From: Callorhinchus milii
Lineage: Eukaryota
Assembly: GCF_018977255.1 (NCBI RefSeq)
Contig: NW_024704743.1
Location: 115,260,001 to 115,324,000 of the forward strand
DNA length: 64,000 nucleotides
Direction of reading: 5' to 3'
Shown: positions 1 to 12,007 of the stretch, in pieces
Numbering within the stretch: the first letter of the stretch is position 1
How the letters are laid out: every line of letters begins with the position of its first letter
Position numbers and translations under genes: made by a program
Notes under the pieces: generated by a model
Seen by the model: the letters and a program-made list of their open reading frames with translations, nothing else
The model's database searches: none
What the model was told of the DNA's origin: nothing

Positions 1-397
1 AGTGCAGCAGGTTTGACAGCTGACAGGGACAGGTGGCGCAATAAGGTCATAGCATCAGGCGGGACAAAATCACAGCCAGACCCTTCCTGCTCAGACAATG
101 CTGCTCCTTTAAGGATTAAATTTTTTTTATCGACAGACACTCGTTTTCTTTACAGGAGAGAAAAAAAATCAGTGAAGTTTATAGTTTTATGTTTCCCTTT
201 TGTTTTTGCCTTTCCCCCTTTGAACCCATTTCCAAATTTTGCAACTTTTAAAAGCATTTTAAAACAAATATATATTTGGGGGTCAATTCATTTGTTTGTA
301 AGTTTTCAGGTTGTTCTGAGCCTTCTCTCGGGATCAGTTCTTTGTTTTTTCAATTGTCTGAAGAGCTTTGTTTTAATCCTCCTACGGTTCTCAATGG

Positions 398-609
398 GTC
401 ACGTGGTTTGTCTGCAATTCACTGACTTTTACCAAAAGTAGCACAGTCTTTAGTGAAAGCAGAGCCCTGACGTCAACAGGCTGTAAATCATGTCCTGAGT
501 TCCTTTCAGCTGGGCAGATGCAAGCCTAATAGATACACTGTGTGTCACATCACCAAAGCATCTGAAATACAGAGGGAACCAGCTGCTCCAGCCGAAGTTC
601 GCTGTAAGT
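398..609 (+). promoter_or_regulatory. Putative GPR20 promoter / non-coding exon 1 (E-box, CRE, splice donor)
   Basis: CACGTG at 400-405, full CRE TGACGTCA at 468-475 and donor GCT|GTAAGT at 604, in a stretch free of recognisable repeats. The GPR20 CDS exon has a splice acceptor, so an upstream exon is needed. Assignment to GPR20 is inference. Confidence 0.3.
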
Positions 610-2069
610 AGATTGTTTTCAGTACCTCGCTTCGTTACGAAATAATGGGCTTGCTGTTCAGCAACAACACTTTTTTTTTAAAAAGCACACATTTTTTCGT
701 GTAATTTAAAGCGGATCAGAAACCGTACTGAACCTAGGTCCCTGTTCTTTGAGCACAAATGAGAAGGAGGAAAAAAAATTTCAACGCTCACTTGTTTTTC
801 TCTCTTCACAAGCTTCCAGTGAGTGCATTGTCCCCGGAAAGGATAAATCTGTAGGCGCTGTGACTTTCAGTCTCCTATCCCTTGAGGTATACGGCTTTGC
901 CAGAAACTAGAATTGTAATCACAGGGCAAATTAAACCATTCGCCCTTTGGTCTGTGCCTTTGGGGAGATTTGTATAAATTCATTTTTTGAAATAATCTCA
1001 TATTTAGGTGAACTCTTTTAACTAATCATTTGGTCCTGGGTCCAAATTCCACACAGTTCCAATCGTAGACTTTTGCAGCACCGAAGGAAGCCATTCACGC
1101 CTTGGTTTCCCCGTGGTTCTCTGTTAGAGCCATCGTTGAGTGCCACAATCCCTTGCCTTTCCTTCACACTCCTTTATGGATTTCCTATTTCAGATGACTG
1201 TACTAATTCTCTTTTAAAAAGCTATAATGGATTCTGCTCCAATACTACATTGCCTCGGCATTCTATATCCTAATAAAAATGATAATCGTTGTATTTGATA
1301 TAGCCTTATCACGTCTCCGAGACGTTTGAAAGCACTTCACAGAACATTCTGTAAAGTGAATTGCGTATTTTTGTGGGTGAAATAGTCCACTGTGTAAAGA
1401 AGATTCTCGTAACCACACTTTTACACTTTTCTTTTTGCTAATGATCTCAAGTTTACAGCTTCTAGTTACCAACCTAGCAATCAGTAGACATAGTTTCTCC
1501 CTCTGGACCTCATCACAACCTCTCTATAACTGGTTGTTCTGCTATTTGTATTCATCATGAATGTTCCATTCTTCGCTTCATTTTGGAGTAATGTTTGTTC
1601 AAAAGCACAGAATGATGTGATAAGGTGCTATATCAAATGCAAGAATTATTATCATGGTTAAGCAATTTCACTTAAGTGATACCAGTTATAAGCAGCTTGC
1701 TCAATTGGTAGCTAGGCTCAGCTAGTAGCAGAAAGGAATGGGTTCTAAGCTCTACATGGGGATTTGCACAATACAGGCTGAGACTTCAATATAGTGTTTG
1801 AGGGAGCTCTGAATTGTTGGAGGCATTGTCCTTCTGCTGAGACATTAGACTCATTAGGAAAAGAGCTGATTGATTGAGTTTTGATCTGAGTGATTTGAGG
1901 CAAGGTATCCATCGAAGAAACCACTGAAGGTTTCTTAAGAACTGGGCAAAAACCTACTGACTGTGTCAGCTGAGAACACTTTCTCTTCCACATTTTGTTG
2001 TGCCATCCATGACGCCGATTTCTCTGTTAACAAAGCTGTGCCACCATGTGAGATTTTGTTTCCTCATTG

Positions 2070-2480
2070 TGGTTAAGATTTTTGGAGAGAATTGGGGGAA
2101 TTTGGGCTGTTTTCCTCCAGAAAAAAGAAGGATAAGCTGAGACCTGATAAGAGATTTTTTAAATTCACTAAGGTTTCAGTTAGAAAATTGGGAAGGGGGG
2201 GTATTATTTACATTGATTGTTGAGCCCTACAGGGCCTAAATTGAAGGGCATAAAAATGAACAAAGGGAGGGGTTAGGAGTTTTTTTTACACAGAGAGTCG
2301 CTAGGACATAGAACGCCCTACCTAGAACTGCAGTCGAGGAAGAATCAAGTTAGGTTTTCGGAGGAAATTACATTACTATCTGAAAAAGAGAAATATTAAA
2401 AGGGAACGTGGCAAATGGGGTAAAGAGATGAGACTAAATGGAGACTCTTTCAGACAGACGCACAAGCACGATGGGCAGAA
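2070..2480 (+). mobile_element. Old, degenerate CR1 LINE 3' fragment
   Basis: Decayed match to the 3' end of the CR1 at 59005-59974 (ttgggctgttttcctcc...gagacctgata...tttttttacacagagagt...gcacaagcacgatgggcagaatg). Confidence 0.55.
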
Positions 2481-4076
2481 TGCACAGTCAAAGAGGTAGG
2501 GTTCAATGAACTTGAAAGCAGAGAAAGAATAGAACAAGGTGGAGGGATTTTGGAAGATAGTTCCAGGTGGAGGCTTGTCTGCTGATGGTGGGGTATGTGG
2601 GACGGTGGAGTAGGGAGTGGTTATGAAGCCAGAGTTAGCAGAGCGGAACGAGTGACTTGTTGCAACAAAAGAATTCTCCAAGTAAATCCATTTCTACAGA
2701 AATTACTTTTTGATGTAATCCTTTGACAATTCTTACATTGTTTGCCCACAGAACACTCAGTATAGCTTGTGAAGTTCTTTGAGGAGTCCCCCTCCCGTCA
2801 TGAAAGGAACTATATCACTTGTAAGGATTAGTATATATGTCATTATTATTATTATTAAAAGCACGCCATAGGAAATGTTGGCCCTCCAAAGGTAAAAGTG
2901 ATGTAAAAGCACTAGAAGGAAGACAACAACAGGCATTTAATATAACTACCTTTCAAGTAGGGGTAACGATAACAAAAGCAAGAAATGGGAAGAATTGAAT
3001 GAGAAGCAATTCTAAAAATGACAGCATCTAAAATGTGATATTTCTAAACAACTCATCTCATTTGGAACTTCCTTTGATAACTGCAAGTCCATCACACTGA
3101 CTTGGAGCAAATCCAAGAAAAACAATCCTTGCATTTGACACAGGGCCTTTCATGTTAGGAGGACGTCTCAAAACGCTTCGCAGGATATGCTATAAAGTGT
3201 CAGTGAATCCGGCAGTCAATTTGCACACCGAAATGTTCTACAAACAGCCATGAAATGAATAAACAGTTTTATTTGGGGTATTGTTGGCCAGAACACCAGG
3301 AGAAATTCAATTTTATTTTCGATGACACATCTGACAATGCAGATGAGAACTGTTAGGAATCATAACGTGATTCTTCATTGAATCATTGATCTTAGTTTGG
3401 CTCTGTCAATAGCACTCTCACTGCTCGCCTCTATTCTGTGAAGAGCTTTGAAATGTGCTCCCAAAATGAAAGGCACTAAATCAAATACAACGATTATCAG
3501 TATTATTACTTGTGAAGTGCTTGGAGATGTTGCCACACTACAGGCACTACATCAAATGTAAGGATTGTTGAAGAATTACATTAGTAAGATATATCTCATT
3601 TTCAAACCTAGCTAGTAGAAATGAAGTCATTTGTTGAATTCAGGACAGTAGCACTTTCAATCCCAAGTTATTATCATTTTCAATAGCAAATTTGACACAA
3701 TAAAAGTCACTTTCCACTTCCACCTGGTAAGCAGAGCCAATGCTCTTCATATGTTAATAAACCTTTTAATAGCTGATTGAAGGAGAGATTAGATTGCTGG
3801 TAGAAGTCATATACACAAGAGGTAATTGACGACTGGCAGTGAGACAGTAAGCAGTAATTAATTCAAGTGGGTCTGATGGAAGTTATTTCAATCTTTTCAA
3901 CCCTCTGATGTCTCCAGGCACCTCACACCTTTGTCACCACCAAGAGCTGGACTGGACACCCTGGTCCCAGATCTCTGATGATTGTTGACCCACGGCTGCA
4001 GCAGCATATTACTGGGTTCTGAAAACAAGGCGGCACAAAGGTCGAAATTCTACCTAGTCTTAAAATTTTTAGACAA

Positions 4077-4281
4077 CAATAGTAATAATCCTTGCATTTG
4101 ACATAGCTCCTTATCACGTCGTTGAGATGTCTCAAAGGACTTCGCAGAATATATTGTAAAGTGGCTTGACTGTGTATTTTGTGGGCGAAACGTGGCAGCC
4201 AATTGCTCACAGCAGTGTCCCATAAACAGTCGTGGATTGAGTGACCAATTTTATTTATTTATTTTTGGAGGGATTATTACC
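4077..4281 (-). mobile_element. Young tRNA/Deu-type SINE, 3' half
   Basis: Reverse complement of the central domain and tail seen at 8039-8372. Confidence 0.8.
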
Positions 4282-4511
4282 CCCGATTATAGATTGTACT
4301 GTCTACAAATTTTAAGATAGCACAGAAGATCTGTGAAAATTAGACGGTTATCTGAGGACCCGTCTGTCTGTTCTGTTGGACGTTAAGGATGCCATTCGAA
4401 AAGATAAGGAAGTTTCTCCTGGTACCTTGGCCTACAATCCCCTGGTTAGATTGGTCATTCACTCCATGAGTGTTTGTGGGACATTGCTGTGTGCAAATTT
4501 GCACATTTCTG

Positions 4512-4750
4512 CATGATAGAGTGAACATCAGGGACTGAATGTGGGGGAGGAAGGACAGCTGGGGGTCGAACTGGATGCCTAGGTTGTGCACTGGTTCGGT
4601 GAGGCTTAGGGAGAGCCCAGGGAGGTTGAGAAGTTTAGATCCGCAGGAGTGAAGACATTGACGGGAGCCAAGAAGTATGGCTTCTGTCTTGTCCATATTC
4701 AGCTGCAGAAAGTTTACACTGCAGGGGCTCAAGGGGGAAGTGGAGGGAGC
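4512..4750 (-). mobile_element. L2 LINE internal fragment
   Basis: Translates to NFLQLNMDKTEAILLGS...NLGIQFDPQLSFLPHIQ, homologous to the L2 ORF2 at 30933-31976. Confidence 0.8.
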
Positions 4751-6899
4751 GGCATGATTGAGCAGCTCTGTTACAGGCTAAAACTAGGTAAAATTTCTGG
4801 TCTACAGTCTTGCAATTAGCCAGTTAGAATATGAGATCAGATCAGAAAGCGTTTCAGCAATAACAACAACTTACACTTATATCGTGCCTATCATATAGGA
4901 AATACATCTCAACGCGCTTTTTCTTCACACTATGGGGTGAAAGTTGAGACAACCCTTCGCAAGCCAGTTCTCACAGCATTGTGACAGACTCTTCAAGTCA
5001 ATTTCATTTGGAAACTTTTCAAGAGCTGCACTTTTCCATATTAAGTCTGAATTTAAGAATTTTCCACATTTCTGCATGACGGGGTGAACATTTTGACACA
5101 TGTAATAGTTATCACATATGGCTGCACATAAGTGCCCCAACTTTAGATTTAATGTAAGAGTTAAATCCCTTTCTAATATTTTATGCAGTGGCTGGGTGTG
5201 GGAAGGGGAGCGGGTGGGGGAGTGGGGGAGGAAGGCGTGAAGAGTGTAACAGAGTCCTCAATTGGAGTGGAACAGAATCCTAATGCAGCCGATTTAAGGC
5301 TGTGAGGTTTACCTACAAATACAGTTACTACACTTCACAGTAAAGCACTTTGAGAATACTTCAATGAAGCTATAACAAATCTGGAGGATTATTATTATTT
5401 CTCATTAGAAACAACCGGAATAATATTTACAGTTCATGCCTCACACTTTACCTTATAAGATGATGGCAAGTGGAGAGCATAGCTTGACCGTCAAAAGCTT
5501 AACTGCCTTCAATTCAGTTACTGATTTACGCTTTGTATAAAATCATGCAGTGTAAACTGTAATGAGTGTTCTGAGATGCTATCCTGTGTAAAGAACAGTA
5601 CAAACGCAAGATGTTGTTACAATCCTTGTGAGATTCGAAATTCCACCTAACCCCAACCCGTGGGAATGTTTGTCTTGAGACCGTAAGAAGTGTGAAAAAT
5701 TCTTAAATCCAGATACGAGAAGTTTGCTTTCCGCAGCTTTTGAAAAGAAACCATCCTCCAAATTATTTAATCGCTTTTTGTGGTTTTGAGCAATCAGAAG
5801 TTCAAAGGGGAATGTCACGCTAAGATTTAGATGGTATTAGGGGGCTCTGTGATGTGTTAAATAACACCAGTAGTGCTACATAGTAGGTCCAAACAATTAA
5901 TAGTCAACGTTTTACATATATGTAGACTGTCAATCCTGGCTGTCAATCCCCCATATAAAATTGATCACTCACTTTATGGCTGTTTGTGGGACATTGCAAG
6001 GTCACCTCTCCCTCCGGCTTGGAGTCAGGCTCAGCCACTGTCAAGCACTTTGAGACACTACCTTGAGTGGAGGGCGCCATGTACGTGCAAGTTGTTTTTG
6101 TTGTTGTATTGTAGTTTTGTGTAAGTTGACTGCTAATTCACCTGTAAAATATACAGGCTACAGCAAATCCTGTGAAGTGCTATGAGACTTTTCAACAACG
6201 CTATAAGACACTATATCAAATGAAGGATTATTACCATACCAGAAACATAACTAAGTTATACAATAATAATAATTCTTACCAAGACCGCAACACAGGGTTG
6301 TCTCATTCCGACATGCCATTTTCCGACATTCCAATTCACTTTACAGTATATTCTGTGAAGCTCTTTGAGACGTCTCAACGACGTGATAAGGCTCCAAATC
6401 AAATGCAAGGATTATTATTAGTAGTATTATTATTCCATTACCAAACATGTGACCTTGAAACCATCTCAGCTCCAAGGAGACCCCACTTACCTCCCCCAAC
6501 CCAAGAAAGATAGATGGGAAGAAAACAACTAAAAACGGAATCTCGGAGTGCTTAACTCATTCAATAACATGGCCCAACTGAGAAGGATTATGCTAACAAT
6601 TATTTTTGATGTTTAGAAAATTGCAGATAAAAGGTTAATGGTCTCTTCTAATGTGTGTCTACAAATGGTTTAGGAGTCTTTCCCATGCTCTGCACTTGGC
6701 AGACATTCTGTTGAAAAGTTCAAAAACTTGTTTTCTACTTCACTATTTTTAATGATTTTTTAAAAAAAAGTTTATTACAATTTTGAAAGATAATTAGGAT
6801 TCTGTTCCACAGAGTTACGTAAAATGATATAGTACAAAACATACTATTCGGCACAACTAGTCCGTGCTATTAGTGTTTATTGCCGGTTAGATATCAAGT

Positions 6900-7300
6900 C
6901 CTGGATAAGCCAAGATTTCCTGCAACTAAACATGGACAAGATGGAAGACATTCTGCTTGTCTCCTATCAAACGTATCTTACAGACTGTCTCTAACCTCTT
7001 CAACCACTCCTCCTTTCTCTCAAATGCACCAAACCAGTGTGCAACCTGGAAGTTTGGTTCGATCCCCAGCTCTACTTTTTCTATCATATCTGGTCTCTAA
7101 TGAAGACTGCTTTTCTTCACCTCTGCCTCATTGCCTGCATCCATTCCATCACACACTAAGTGCCTCCGAAACTCTTATCCGCACATTGTCACACCTCCTG
7201 GCTAACAAACACCTCACTGGTCTCACTTGTTCCACCATCCATAAACTTCAATTTATCCTAATCTCTGTCATCCATATCCTTACTGTGGCCTCGTCCGCTT
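6900..7300 (+). mobile_element. Old L2 LINE fragment
   Basis: Decayed 'atttcctgcaactaaacatggacaag...gcaacctgga..ttggttcgatccccagctc...ccataaacttcaa' matches the other L2 copies. Confidence 0.6.
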
Positions 7301-8038
7301 GATTCAGGTGGATCTTAAAGATCCCCAGTGCTATTCAAAAAGAAAAATGAATTTCTTCTGATATCCTGGCAATAATCCTTTATTTACATTGTCTGTTCAC
7401 ATCATGGCTGTTTGTGAGACATTGCTGCGTGCAAATTGAAAGATGGTTGGGTGGATATGGTGAAGGACAAGATCAAATGGACCGAAGGGTCTTCAGCATC
7501 TGAACATCCCTTGTGATCTTGCGAAATTCAAGAATTATTATTAATAATAATTTTAATAATTATTATTAATAATAATTGTGTTGAAAGCTGGTACAAAATC
7601 TATTACAGTTACTTTAGATAGATGTCTCCTTCAGAGAGTCTCCCCCATTACAGACTGGGACAGAAACAAAAGCTTTGATCTGATGTGACGTGATCCAAAT
7701 CGAGATCAGATTGTTGAAACCTAAGTGGAATTTTCTCATGTCAATCTTTGTTTGAAGAGAATCTCAACCCTGACATCTGGTTTTCAAAATGAAATGTTGA
7801 AACCAATTACGATTAATTCAACATCACCAGCCTTGTTAAGAATGAAATTGATTTTATTTTGATGAATCATTCTGTTCCATCTATCATATATTATTATTAT
7901 GGGGTGTGGGGTGGAAGGGAGGACTGAGTTTAAGTACTGATTATAATGTCAAACAAACTGGCTTCAAGAAACTCACGGCATGTACCAGCGTGAGAGAGAT
8001 GTAAAGGAAACTATTGCTCAACACTATTTAACTCTTAA

Positions 8039-8372
8039 GTGGAGTCCTGTAGCTCAGTGGTTAGAGCACGCTTTGTAAGTGAGAGACCTGAGTTCAATTC
8101 CAGGCAGGGCGAAACCTTGGGCAAGTTTCCTTACTCCACACGCCTAATAATAATCCCTCCAAAACCAAAAACAATAATAAATTGGTCATTTTCAATCTAC
8201 GACTGTTTGTGGGACACTGCTGTGCGCAATTGGCTGCCGCGTTCGCCCACAAATATACAGTCAATTCACTTTACAGTATATTCTGTGAAGCGCTTTGGGA
8301 CGTCCTCCTGATGTGAAAAGCGCTATCTCAAATGCAAGGATTATTTATTATTTATTTATTATGATTATATTA
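8039..8372 (+). mobile_element. Full-length young tRNA-derived SINE (short variant)
   Basis: Pol III A box TAGCTCAGTGG (8050-8060), B box GAGTTCAATTCC (8090-8101), Deu-like core ctgtttgtgggacactgctgtgcgcaattggctgccgcg, L2-like tail and (ATT)n end. More than ten copies occur in the window. Confidence 0.9.
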
Positions 8373-9289
8373 ATAATGCCCACAGATCTGCAGAAGCTCC
8401 TCCCTCACCAGGCTAGCTGGTTTTGCATTTTCTCTCTCTCATGAGCTGCAACCCTAAAATGAAATTAAAACATCACATTGATAAAGATCAGGATGATTTT
8501 ATTACTGTGCTCTTCTACTTTACATTGTGTTTTTAGATTAAAAATCCCATGGAATTATTCAAAAGAAGAAGGAAGTTCTTCCTGGTCTCCTGAAAAACAA
8601 TCCCCGGGATAGAATTTATCTTTCACTTCATGGCTGTTTGTGGGAGATTGCTGTTTGCGAAATTGGTCGCCTGGTTCGGCTAACAAAATAAATAAATAAT
8701 AATCCGTGCATTGTTGTCGAGACGTCTCAAAGCACTTCACAGGTACATTGTAAAGTGTACTGACTGTGTAATTTGTGGGCGAAAAGCACTTCATAGTAAA
8801 ATCCTGTGAAACATCCTCTCGAAGTGAAAAGAGCCATATGAGATGCAAGCATTTTGTTTTATTTATCTAATTTTAAATTGTTGTTGCTGTTGCCCTGTTG
8901 AGTGATTTCTGACCATCCTGAAGAAATTTTGTTCCCTGAATTTTTTTTAATGAGTTGCAAGACTCTATTTCTGGTTTGTCTGAGGTACATTCCATGATAT
9001 AGCAGACAGATTGTTAATTTTAGCAAGCAGTAAACAATAAACCTCAGTATACACAACCAATGTTATATATTACTTATATATGGTGCCGTTCACAAAAGTT
9101 GAACATTATGAAGCACTACCCAAAGTTAGTGGGTATCCCTGATCCACAAGTCCAAGATTTAATAATAATCCTTGCATTTGATATAGCGCCTTATCACGTC
9201 ATTGAGGCATCATGTAAAGTGAATTGACTGAATATTTTGAAGGTGAAATGTAGCAATCAACTGCACTGAGACCCAACAGGGGAAAAGTG

Positions 9290-9550
9290 GAGATTTAGCA
9301 AAACATAGACAAAGTAATACATTTTCAAAAGGGTTTTGAAGGCTGGTAGGGAGGGAATGAGGTGAAGGGATTTGGGGAGAGAGTTTGAGAGAATGCAGAC
9401 ATAGTGGCTTAAGGGTTGCAGTGGAGAGACTGAGGAAAGAGCAGTAGATTGTGGTTGGAAGAACGGAGGACATGGGCAGGAGATCAGAGCTGGATGAGAT
9501 TGCATAGGAGGGATGGGCCAGATGACAAGGCATTTGAAGAGCCTTAGGAG
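9290..9550 (-). mobile_element. Old L2 LINE 3' fragment
   Basis: Minus-strand translation NSLPKSLHLIPSLPAFKTLLK matches the L2 ORF2 C-terminus. Confidence 0.6.
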
Positions 9551-10359
9551 GTTGCAATTAGCACAACCACTTTTGCAAATGCCCCATTTCAACCTCCTTT
9601 CTCCTCCCCCACTCCAGTCCCACAGATAGAAATGAAGCAGGAAAATTCAAATTCCTTTTAGGCAAGACTTCTCCATGGGTTTGAGCACCAACATATGGAA
9701 ATCTGAACATCTTTGGTCCAAGTAAAATAATACATGATCATGGCTGGCGTTGGCTGAATCAGAATAGAGAATGGCAAAAAAACACACTACAGTACCAAGA
9801 TATCAAATGCTGAATCGAGTAGAACACAATCCTGAGCACAATACCTTTTTGTCAAGTATGTGCATGCTTATTAAAAAACAACCAGAATCTGGGGGAACAC
9901 TATCTTTGGTCCAAAACCAACAGAAGAGTGCATTGCTTTGCAGAGTGTTCAACATTAGCCTGGTCCAGTTGATAGCCCTCCCCTGGGTCAGAAGGCCTGG
10001 ATGCAAGCCGCATATCGAGACGTGAGCTCATAGTCCAAGTCGACCTGGAAGAGCCATGCTTCAGATGAGACATTAAACTGAGTTCTGTCTACTTGTTCTC
10101 TAATGGACATTAAATATCTCATGACCCCAGTTCAAAAAGAGAAGGGAAATTTTCCCATGGCTAAGAATCCCCCAGACAATTGGTCATTCACCTCAAGGCA
10201 GATTGTGGCCCCATATTGTGTGCAAAATAGATGCTCCACTAGCCTTCAATAAGTACTACATTTGGTGGTTATTAAGTTGATTTGAGATGTTTTGACATGG
10301 TCATTGATTTGTGAGGTATTCTTGCTTCTCAAACTATGACTACTGTTTTACAAGGGCTC

Positions 10360-10690
10360 TACTCTTTGGATGAGCTTGAGACATCTTGAAAGGAGACATC
10401 TCAGAGGGGACCTAACTGAGGTGTGTAATGTTTTAAATAGGACTGAACGAGTACATAGAACAATACTTTCATACAGTAGAACAAGTGGGCAGAAGTTTAG
10501 TTTGGCACAGAGCAATCGGAGGACAGACAATGGGAAGTATTTTGTTAATGACTGGAGCAGCCAGAGGCCAGGAAAATGGGCCCATATTAAAAAAAATCAG
10601 CTTGACGCTGATGGGAGGATGGCAGGGTGAATATTCTGGAAGACCAGATGGGCCGAAGGGCCTTCGCCATTCATAGCGAGCTTGTGATAG
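10360..10690 (+). mobile_element. Old CR1 LINE 3' fragment
   Basis: LERRHLRGDLTEV motif and gaccagatgggccgaagggcctt terminal motif. Confidence 0.65.
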
Positions 10691-11016
10691 CATCCTGCGT
10701 TGTGCTCTTAATACACGTCAAAGGTATTCAAGAAGGACATCAGAGCACCTCTGGGACACTAAGCAATGAAAAGGGCCTGTCTGGTCTGTATTTGTTTTCA
10801 CTAGGGAAATTAAGATTGAGTAAAGGTTAAGAATGCGCGTGACACATGTCTTCACAATGATGAAAGCCATGGGCTTCAGAGACACAATAGAGGAAAGGAA
10901 GTTATAGTTTCATCTGAAATAATGTAACATTATTACAGCATTAGAGAGCATGACCACAACATTAGCAAGCCTGGAAATTGGATTAAAGATGGATCTTCTT
11001 CACCAGATCATCTGTA

Positions 11017-11366
11017 AAAATAATACTTGTATTTGATATAGTGTCTTATCATGTCTTGAGACATCTCAAAGCGCTTCACAGAATATACTGTAAAGTGAAT
11101 TGATTGTATATTTTGTGGGCAAAACACAGCAGCCAATTGTGCACAGCAGTGCACAGCAGTCCACAAACAGTTGTGGATTGAGTGACCAATTTTTTTTGAA
11201 GGAAAAGCGATACGCCAATTGACTAAAAATTGGATTCCTACTTACTGCTTGGTAAACAGAGGCATTTGGAGTAAGGAAAGTTGCCCAAAGTTTCACCCTA
11301 CCGGAACTCGAACCCAGGTCTCTCGCTTGTGAGGCAAGTGCTCTAACCTCTGAGCTATAGGACTCT
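11017..11366 (-). mobile_element. Full-length young SINE (long variant)
   Basis: Reverse complement of the 8039 SINE with A/B boxes, plus an extra segment at about 11205-11265. Confidence 0.85.
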
Positions 11367-12007
11367 GTGGACTCCTAGCAAATCAGTTTACATTGGGGTG
11401 TCTCCAATGTACATTGGGGCTGTTTGATGTGAGGAGCGAAGGATTACTTTGCCTCCATCAGTCGGTGGCCCTGATCTGATTTCAGCCTCAATGCCTGACA
11501 CTGACATTTCAATTTTACAGGGAGATAAAGAGAACATTTCAATACAACAATATTTACATTTAACTTAGCACCTTATCACATCCTCAAAAAGTTTCAGAAT
11601 GATTTTTTACTGCAAAGTGTAACCTAAAGCGAAAAATGCTGTATAAATGTAATTGCACTGTATTGTATTTGTTGGCATGTATGTGTATCTCGATCTAGCA
11701 AACTTTAAGAGGCAGGAAAAAGTAGGAAACAAAGGAAAGGGAAAAAACATGTGGGAGAGTAAAGTTAGGGAGGGGGGATCAGAAAAGGAAAAGCCAATAG
11801 AACACCCACAAAGGATAAGGGAACCTCGGTTAGTCACAGTCCCACCGCAGCTTCTGTTTTCCTTTCTGTGACCCCTTGGCTGGTAAAATGGAACAAGTCT
11901 CACGGGGCTGACAGAGCTCTGTGATACTCCATAAATGTCTATCAGACAATCTGTAGCAAACATCTGTCCTTCAGAGGAGAAGCTAAATCGAGGCCCTGTC
12001 TACCAGT

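Noticed and set aside
13..441. 142-aa hydrophobic ORF
   Set aside because: It begins at a non-ATG codon, its hydrophobicity reflects T-rich sequence, and no family is recognisable.
8039..8110. tRNA-like sequences (also 28029, 40217, 32725, 11366)
   Set aside because: These are SINE heads with A/B boxes that continue into SINE bodies, with no proper acceptor stem or terminator. They are not tRNA genes.
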